A stretch of DNA of 55,100 nucleotides from an uncultured virus (IMG/VR IMGVR_UViG_3300037189_011323) (taxonomy: Duplodnaviria; Heunggongvirae; Uroviricota; Caudoviricetes). The first letter of the stretch is position 1; every line of letters starts with the position of its first letter. Both the position numbers and the translations under genes were made by a program. A model generated the notes under the pieces. That model saw nothing but the letters and a program-made list of their open reading frames with translations, did not search any database and had not been told where the DNA came from. Location of the stretch: IMG/VR virus record IMGVR_UViG_3300037189_011323, positions 62,001 through 117,100 of that record. One strand, 5' to 3'. Shown one piece after another: positions 26,150-34,900 of this stretch.

Positions 26150-26883
26150 TTGGATTTATTTCCCCAGTTTTTAGCACCAGCCTTGCGGCACTTAACTAAC
26201 GCACCGCTTGCATAAGCACTTGGCCATACTTTATAACGGCTCTTAACTTTGTAATAACAAGCATCTTTCTTTTCATTCATAAGACTTGCTTCATACATTA
26301 ATCCACCACAATGTGGACAACTTTCTTCTACAGCTTCTAACTCATCTGTTGTATCACCAGTAACAGGATATGTCTTGCCACCAACATTGAATGATTTTTT
26401 ACCTGCTTTTATAGCATTCATTCTTGCATCAGTAAAGGCATTGGATTCTTCCATGTCATCGTGTTCAGCATTACCAATGATTTCATTATAATTGTCCATG
26501 CAAAGATAATCATGACTCTTACTCAACTCTATAAGTTTTTCAGCAACATCGTGTAAATCCATATCAGTCTTTGCATCTTCACGTGCATATTCCATGATTC
26601 TAATAAGCAATGGAACATCCATTGTTACAGTATCTGTAGCATCTGCTTCTGGAATTACTTCAACATTTTCTTGTGGAATTACTTTTGGTTTACGAATAGC
26701 ACTACCTGGTATCATCTTGTCCATTGCAAGTTCAACACCAGCACGTTGTTTTTTGCTTTTACCAGCAGCATGACCCTTCATTAAATTAGGGTTGCGTGAT
26801 AATCGCTTTGTTACATAAGAAGTAAGAGTTTTATTGCGTAGTTCTTCTAAATCTGTCTCAACAATAATATCATTTATACGCAT
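26146..26883 (-). CDS. putative head-associated modular protein
   Basis: Leader MRINDIIVETDLEE; DVPLLIRIMEYARED module; C-terminal DACYYKVK..WPSAYASG module. Confidence 0.7.
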   Translation of the reverse strand: MRINDIIVETDLEELRNKTLTSYVTKRLSRNPNLMKGHAAGKSKKQRAGVELAMDKMIPGSAIRKPKVIPQENVEVIPEADATDTVTMDVPLLIRIMEYAREDAKTDMDLHDVAEKLIELSKSHDYLCMDNYNEIIGNAEHDDMEESNAFTDARMNAIKAGKKSFNVGGKTYPVTGDTTDELEAVEESCPHCGGLMYEASLMNEKKDACYYKVKSRYKVWPSAYASGALVKCRKAGAKNWGNKSK

Positions 26884-27755
26884 TAGTCACCACCTACCAT
26901 TTTATCACCAGGTGGTCCACTATCTGTACCTTTCCAATAGCCAGTAAATTTTGGACCAGTTTTTTTAGATTCGTTTTTTCTACGTTTCTTTTGCTTATAT
27001 GTTCCACCGAATAATGATCCAACACCATTGCGACTTATCATTCCACCTAATGGACTTGAAACAGCAGCAATACCACCTGCACTACTTGCGCCAGCACTTG
27101 CACTTTCACCAATCACGTGAAAGCCAGCTTGTTGCTTACTTTTAACTTGTGCTTGTGGAACCATAACAGGAATACCCTGAACATTACCATTTGTATCAAT
27201 TTTTGCCATCTTTACCATGCCTGGTGTTTGTGTCATACCAGGTGGCTTTTTAGGACCAAGTGTTTTTTGTGGCGTTCCTGTTGTTGTGGGCTGAACTGGC
27301 ATTTCTGCTTCTGTCATTTCACTTGGATAACGCATTTCATAATCAAGATAATCAAAAACACTTTCAATATAATCAGCTGCACGAGTTAGTTTACGTTGAA
27401 CCCAACCCTCAAGTCCTTGATTTTCCCCAACATTTTTAAGCATATCATGTAACATGATAGCAAGTTTAGCTGTGCGGTAAAGTTCCTGACGTGCCATTTG
27501 AACTTCGTGATCTGGATACTGATTATATGTTTGTGGCATAATTTCGCCAGTTGGTTGTGCTTGGCAATCACATTCATCAAGACTCTTAATAGTTTCTGGT
27601 AGTTTAATCATATAACGACCAGTTGGAAGTTTCCAAACAGTGCCGTTGAAACGTTGTAATAGTTTTTCTGCTTCATCGTAATTTACAATTACTGGCTTGC
27701 CATTTTTAGCAAGAATTTTACCATAAACGTAAGTGTCTTTAATCTGATAATCCAT
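26883..27755 (-). CDS. putative head-associated modular protein
   Basis: LDEC, MTEAE and IGES linkers; helical LEGWVQRKLTRAADYI module. Confidence 0.7.
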   Translation of the reverse strand: MDYQIKDTYVYGKILAKNGKPVIVNYDEAEKLLQRFNGTVWKLPTGRYMIKLPETIKSLDECDCQAQPTGEIMPQTYNQYPDHEVQMARQELYRTAKLAIMLHDMLKNVGENQGLEGWVQRKLTRAADYIESVFDYLDYEMRYPSEMTEAEMPVQPTTTGTPQKTLGPKKPPGMTQTPGMVKMAKIDTNGNVQGIPVMVPQAQVKSKQQAGFHVIGESASAGASSAGGIAAVSSPLGGMISRNGVGSLFGGTYKQKKRRKNESKKTGPKFTGYWKGTDSGPPGDKMVGGD

Positions 27756-28092
27756 TGGAAATTTCCTCTGTATTATTTATTTTACTTTCTGTAACAGTAA
27801 GGTTAAGATTTTTGATAGTAATACCATTGAAAGAATTAAATTTAATGTTATTAATATTCATTGATTTAATTTTACATTCTTTATTTTTTAAATTAATAAA
27901 TTTTAACGATTTGGGTTCAAACCCTTCATTTTTTACATAAAAAATATCAACGATGCCTTGATTTTGTTGCAAAACAGGCAAACTACGTTCACTTATAAGT
28001 TGATCTTCAAAATATATTCTATAACATATTTCTTCTTCACCATAATCATATGATTCTGGTACAATTATTAATTTAAATTCAATTTCCGCCAT
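27739..28092 (-). CDS. hypothetical beta-rich protein
   Basis: Resembles 39801-40277. Confidence 0.6.
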   Translation of the reverse strand: MAEIEFKLIIVPESYDYGEEEICYRIYFEDQLISERSLPVLQQNQGIVDIFYVKNEGFEPKSLKFINLKNKECKIKSMNINNIKFNSFNGITIKNLNLTVTESKINNTEEISNGLSD

Positions 28093-28361
28093 TATAAAAC
28101 CTGTTGCAAACCTTTTAATAATTTATCTTGGTGCAACTTTGCTGTTTTACTTTTACTTTTTTTAATTTTTTGGATTTTTGCGTGAAAGCGGCGTAAATCG
28201 CTGCGAGTGAGTTTTTTATTTTTCTTTGAAAGAAATTCTATAGCTTGGCTTTTTATATTTGTGGATTGTATTTCTAAATTACTGTTTATTTGATACTCTT
28301 CCCAAAGTTGAACGATTTGTTCCCATTGTGCTTGGGAGAGAGCAGTATTGTCGTCAAGCAT
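28092..28361 (-). CDS. hypothetical basic protein (start ATG 28361, MLDDN)
   Basis: GAGGAG SD directly upstream; avoids a long overlap with the nucleotidase. Confidence 0.6.
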   Translation of the reverse strand: MLDDNTALSQAQWEQIVQLWEEYQINSNLEIQSTNIKSQAIEFLSKKNKKLTRSDLRRFHAKIQKIKKSKSKTAKLHQDKLLKGLQQVL

Positions 28362-28374
28362 TGTACTCTCCTCA

Positions 28375-28887
28375 TTAATTGTATCTCCCCAATTTTGCAT
28401 AACTGGAGAGTTCTCTTGCAACTTTTCCAAATTCACTGTCATTATACTTGATGCCAATGCCGCCAGCACTTTGCCAACTTGCAATGTTCTTGCCATAATC
28501 ATCTACAAGAATACAAGAATTACCACCCAATGTGGCAAACATTGCTTTATTATGTGTAAGTTCAATGTGGCGTGGTGGCATATCACTAAAGTGCATATTA
28601 ACCCAAGCAACCTTGCCTGGCGCACTACGTGGATCACCTGTTAGCGGTGAACTGCAAATATGATAACTGCCAAACTCTTTAATAACATGTCGCACTAACT
28701 GACGAGCATGTGGAAGTAACGGTAGGTCAACCCAAAATGTAGGATGGTCACGGACCAACTGTAATTTTGCCTCTGGATTGTCTATATCTTTATAGTGGTC
28801 TTTTTTATCTAATCTGGCCCACTCACCAAAAAAATCAGCAAGAACGCCGTCCATATCAAGATAAACTCGGAATTTTTGGTATGCCAT
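28375..28887 (-). CDS. 5'(3')-deoxyribonucleotidase, HAD superfamily
   Basis: YLDMDGVLADF, CSSP, GKVAW, ILVDD, WQSAGGIGI; early promoter (28919-28947) and late motif (28893-28898). Confidence 0.88.
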   Translation of the reverse strand: MAYQKFRVYLDMDGVLADFFGEWARLDKKDHYKDIDNPEAKLQLVRDHPTFWVDLPLLPHARQLVRHVIKEFGSYHICSSPLTGDPRSAPGKVAWVNMHFSDMPPRHIELTHNKAMFATLGGNSCILVDDYGKNIASWQSAGGIGIKYNDSEFGKVARELSSYAKLGRYN

Positions 28888-28950
28888 AGTAATATTTACC
28901 TAATTTTGCCTATGGTTTATACTACCACGGATTTACAAATCTGTCAAGTC

Positions 28951-31900
28951 TTAAACTTCACGCAAAGACAATCTACCCGTCTCATATTCTCTTGTAAATG
29001 TATCAAGAAGTGCTTGACCACCAGCTTCTTTATAGTGTTTTACCAATATTTCATATGCTTCCGTTGGTGTATCAGCACCAACTTCAATAAATCGATCAAC
29101 AGAGGTATCTCTATATAATGCAAACACTTTACTTGCATTTGCACGACCAATACGGTCTACAATTACATTAGAACGCTGTGGCTGTGGTTTTGGTTGTGGT
29201 TTTGGTTTTCTTACACCAGTTTTATAATCAGTTGGTGTTACCAGATGATATGGTCCATTACCATTACTAATATTATTTGCAATGTTGCGATAACCGCCAT
29301 TATTAAGATTTGCTAATGCACTTTCTTCACTATCGCCACGAACACGAACAAATACAAAGTTATTTGTATCACTTACAACATAGAACTCAATCTTGCCGCT
29401 ACCAACAACAACAATGTGATTTATATCTTGCTTGCCTATGGCTTGACGTGCGTTTCTGCTGCCCCAATGCAATCTACGATTACCACGATAAACAATCATA
29501 TTGTTATCAAATGCATTTGCATAATAATCAGCAATTTCTGCAACTTGATCTTGTGTATATTTTGCTGGATCAAAACGTGCAATAATATGGTCATCATAAT
29601 CTTCAATGCGATATGCAAGAGTATTGTAAACCTGTTCAGCATTAGGTTTGCCATCCAAACCGTTTCGCTCAATTTTTATGATTTCACCATAAAGTGATGC
29701 AATGTTATTATCACTATAATTATATCCTATAACATTCAAGTAATTTTTAACATCTTCTCTGCTAACATTTGGTATAAGATTTTTTACAGCTTCAAATTCT
29801 ATTTCATCAGTGTTTGCTTGATTTGGATAAAGTCCTAATCTGCTATACTCACGATTCTTTAAACCATTGCCCTGCATATAAATCGTTGTGACGTAAATGT
29901 TAAAATATGGGAACTTTAACAAATATGCTTGTGTATCCATATTGCGTTCATTTAGCCAATCATATGCAAGTTTAATCATTTCATATAGTTGTTCACCATG
30001 AACTTCTACTACTTCATCACCTAATTTAGTTTCAATTTTAGCAGTAATTTTACCTTGACCGATTGGTTTAACTGGCTCACGTGACTTACGAACTGCTTGA
30101 ACTTGACGCACCAATTCTTCTTTGTCAATATCACCAGTAACATATTTTGCAAATATATCAACTGTGCTACTGTCTTTCTTTACGCTATCTACAATAAGTT
30201 TATAAAACTTCTTGTGATATTCTTGTTTGCTATCTTCTGGATCAGCAGCCGCAGCCATAGCACGAACATAACGTAACATTGTGTTACGGATTTCATCATA
30301 CTTTTCAAAGTAATTGCCACCAGCACTACGAAACTCAATATAATTAGACTTGATGTTTACACTTACGTAACGATCACCTTTAGTTCCACTGATAATTTTG
30401 TTTACTTCTCTATTAGTTTGGTCAAGTAAACCAGCACGTGCATCATCCAATATCTTTGGTAGTGACTTACGGAAATCACGTGTTTCTGTTGCTTTATATG
30501 CTTGGTCAAACATACTCTTTGTCCAACGGCTGTTTAGTCGTTCAAAACGGTCTAATACATACTTGTCACCAAGCAACAATATAAGTTTAAGGTGATTTAT
30601 ATTTGCCATAGTTTGGTCAGGAACACTAACACCAATATGGAAACCTGTTGTGCGATTAGTATAATAACGGTTACGCTTTGCCCATGTGAATACGTTATTA
30701 AGTGCTTCAAGTGCATCATCAAGTAACATTGGTGGTGATACAAGTTCTACACCGCCATCTTCAAAGTCTTCTGGACTATCTAAACTGCTATCTGGTTCAA
30801 ATATCCAGTAATCACCACGACTTGTGCCGTGATAACCACTGCTTTCAACTGCGCTATAACCTGTTGCATTTTCAAAACTATTCACTAAATCATCATAAGT
30901 TACATCACCTGAACTACTGCCATCAGTCATATATGGCCAATCAAGACTATCAACATTTGTTTCACGATTAATGTAACGTGCAAAACCTTGCATTGTGTCA
31001 ATTTCGTGGATTCTTAAAAAGTCTTGCCAGTTTTCTTTATCGTTTTCATTTTCCCAATTTTCACGAACAGAAGATTCGGCTTCATCTTTTTGTTCTTCGG
31101 TTACTTCACTGTAATCATCTACGCCTACTTCATCAGCAATTGCTTGTTTCCATTCATCGCTGTTTTCATATTCATAATATTGATCACTTACATAATCGCT
31201 AAAGTTTTCATAGAATGCTTCTAATGCACGTTCTACACTGCGACGACTATTGCCATAATCACCTTCTGTAAAGAAGTCTATAATCATACGTTGGCGATCT
31301 TTGTAAGTTTCATCTGCTGGAAAATCTTCATCTTGATCATAATCTGGCTCTGGGTCTTCTTCTTCACCTTGTAGACCAGGTACATACATTTCAGTTTCAA
31401 AGCCAACACGCATTTGTTGTGCAAACTCGCTCTTGGCAAATGCTTCCAAACTCTTTGGATTCATTTTTACTTCTGCAAGGAAAGATTCTGTTAGACTTTC
31501 TTCAATGCTTTCGTTGCGTTCTGGAACTGCTACAATAGTATAACCTGGTCCCATATTATGTTCAGTTGCCCAACTTTGTGCATAACGACGAGCAGCAGTT
31601 TCACTTGCAGCAGTAAATGTATGGTAAACACCGCCCATACTACCTACAATATTATATGTAGTTTCTCCTTGCGGTGTAGCACGATGCTGTGCAATAATTA
31701 GTGGTGGTATTGTATTGCCAGCAATATCATAACCACGCTGTATTTCCCAATCTGCATATTGTCGTTGTTGTTCTGGTTGTGGTCTTGGTTGTGGAATTAG
31801 TTGACCTTGCGCATCCCATAGATTATTGTTGTTTGGTGTTCTAATTGCAATATTTGCTAATGATAGACCACGTTGTTGTGCAAAACTTTGTGCTGCTTGA

Positions 31901-34900
31901 CTTGCTTGGTAAAAACTTCGTGCTTGTGTTGCTAATAATTCTGTGCCATCGCTTCGGTTTACAACAACATATGTTCCGCCAGATTGTTGTTGCTGTACTG
32001 GCTGTGCTGATGCACCGCCAACAGTTCTCCATTCCCACCTGCCATTTATAAGACGATTATCATCTGCCCATTGTCTTGCATATTGGTATGCTGCTGCTTG
32101 ACTGTCAGCAGTAAAACGATGAACAACACCGCCTTGCGATAGTATTTCAAATTGTTGTCCTGACTGTGATGCTTGTTGTGTTTCATTAGGTCTAAACAGA
32201 TTGTATGAATCAAGTGCTATATTATTTCTATTTGCATATTCACGAGCTGCTGCAATAGCCTCTTGGGTAGTAGTATAAGTTCCTTGTGCAATTACTCTAT
32301 CACCACTACTGGTTCGCATTTGGAATACAGCGCCAGCAGTTTGGTATGGCATTTGCGGAATAGTTGCAGCAGTTTGTGTTTGTCCAACAGTTTGTGCATC
32401 TGTTTCACGGCGTGTCATAAATTGCGGAACATCAATCATTTCACCACTTGGTGCTTGTAGTTGAACACTATCAGGATAACCACCATCACGTGCAATTCTG
32501 CGACCATAACCACGAGCACGATCCATTACATCAAGTAGTGTGCCAAACATAGTTACTTGACGTGAACCGTTTATAAACAACATAAAGTTTTGTTGTGCGT
32601 CTTGTGGTGTTTGTGTTTGTTGTGGTTCGCTACGGCGTGTTTCGTTGGCTGTAAAAACATTATAATATGTATTAACACCCATATAATTGTGTTTTAATTC
32701 ATAATTATTATAATTTACACCACGACCACGCAACCACCTAAATGCTAAATCAGAAGCATCGTATTTGTTATCTGCACGAACAATCTGCACTGCTAATTCT
32801 GTATCTTTATAAACTATTTCATAACGATTGCTACCACTGCCAATACCAGTGTCACTTGCAACAAACGCCAGTGGTGGTAGTGCAGGCATTAAACCACTTA
32901 CATACGTAGCATTTTTCAAACGAACCAGCATTACATCTTGTAGATAATAGCCACTGTCACTGCTTGTCCAATTACGTGCATCGTCATAAACTTCATAAGG
33001 ATCATTGCCATAAAACTTTTTAAGAACTGTTCCGTTCTTGGTGCGAACTTCATATTCCTCTACACCAGAACCTTTTTTATCACGACTAATAGCACGTTTA
33101 CGCTGTTCATTACGAACATGTGATAACAGTGCAGTCTTTGGAATAGTGCCGCTTACATATTGACTAAAATACTTGATTGTATCTGTATCTTCTTTTGGTG
33201 CATTAGTTGCTAATAATTTATAAAACTTCTTTGCATATTCTTGCTTTTCTGCTTCTGGATCAATCGCAATACTCAATGCATAAACTGTGCGGTAAAGGGT
33301 GTTTATAACTTTATCTAAATCCATATCTAACCAATTACCGCCAGGACTACGAATCTCAATACGATTATCTTTGGTGTTGATACTGGTAAACTTATCAGTA
33401 TTAGTATCGTGAATCATCTTACTAACAGTTTTGTTTAAGTTAGTGCGAATCATACTAATTGCTTGTTCTGCTTTGCCTGGATTACGCTTGATTACAGTGG
33501 CTACTTTATCTAATGCACTTACTGCATAATTATTACCAAGACGACCGAATGTATCAAGAACATACTTGTCTCCTAAAAATAGTGCCATCTTTACATAATC
33601 AAGATTTTGCAAACTATAACCAGGCAGACTTACATTCATATGCAGACCAGTGGTTTTATTGGTATAAGCATTTCCACTCTTTGCCCACGCTGCAACTTTC
33701 TTTATAACATCTACCATTTGCGGAATAGTTAGTGGTGGACTTACAAACTCCCAACCTTCACCACCACGACCGCTGCTTGCATGCAAACTACTATCTGGTT
33801 CAACCTTAAAGTAATTAGGTTTTTGGCGTTGGGTGTGATAACCACCACTTACTTGTATATCATAACCTACGGCTTGACTAAAACTACGTGCAGGCGGACC
33901 ATCGCCACGACCACGACTATTATCATAATCTGGTTCTGTCCAGTGCGGCCAATTTATAGTTCCACTAAAATAATTGTGAATGTCACTATATGTATCACCA
34001 CCAATAACACTATCTAAAAAGTCTTCTACAAGTGAGCCGTCTTCGCTTGCTTTATCATACCACTTTTCATAGTTTTCACGAGTGAAGCGCATGTAAGCAT
34101 CAATTGGTGGTATTTCAGGAAATAGTTCACCTTGCTTTTCATAATCACGACCATAGGTTTTATCTAACCATACTTGATATCGTGTATCAGTTTGTCCACT
34201 TTCTTGACTATTTGCCCAATTATCAAACGCAATTTTAGCATAAGTTTCATATTCACCAGCAATACTTTCTTGAACTTGTTGTATATCACGGCGAGTATTA
34301 TGGTCACCACGGAAGAATTCCATAATTGAATTTTGTAAATCAGTTAGATTATCTGCAAATATGTTTCCATCTTGGTCATAATCTGGTTCGCTGTCAAAGT
34401 CTTCGTATGGATCATAGTCATCGTCATCTTCAAACTCTGTAACGATAAGTTCAAACTCTAAACCAGCACGTGCAAGTGGCAATGCATCAACTGCTTTTTT
34501 AAGTGCAGTAGGACTCATTGCAACTTCATTTAATAATTCTTCTGTAATCAAACTATCGCCAAGCACTACATCTTCAAGCCAAGGAATCTTTGGACTTTGT
34601 TGATCTCCACGTGGATATTCATCCCATGGAAACTTTGCTACTGCACGGTCAGTAAGAGTAGGACCACCACCAACTGTTCCAAGAATACTTGGTGCGTGTT
34701 CGCTTTGCTTTTGTGGTCCAAGTAAGCGCATAAACTTTACCTTGTCTCTTGGCATTACATAATCATAAGAAAGTTGGTTATCAATTGTTCCATCAATAAT
34801 TATATCTACTGCAATATTTTTGAATCCAAGTGCGGTTTGTGCATATACACGATAAGTCTTTCGCAGATCAGGCAACGTTCCTTGAACAAAGAATGTGACA

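Noticed and set aside
28362..28502. N-terminal extension of the 136-aa ORF
   Set aside because: Overlaps the nucleotidase by more than 120 nt; a strong SD supports the start at 28361.
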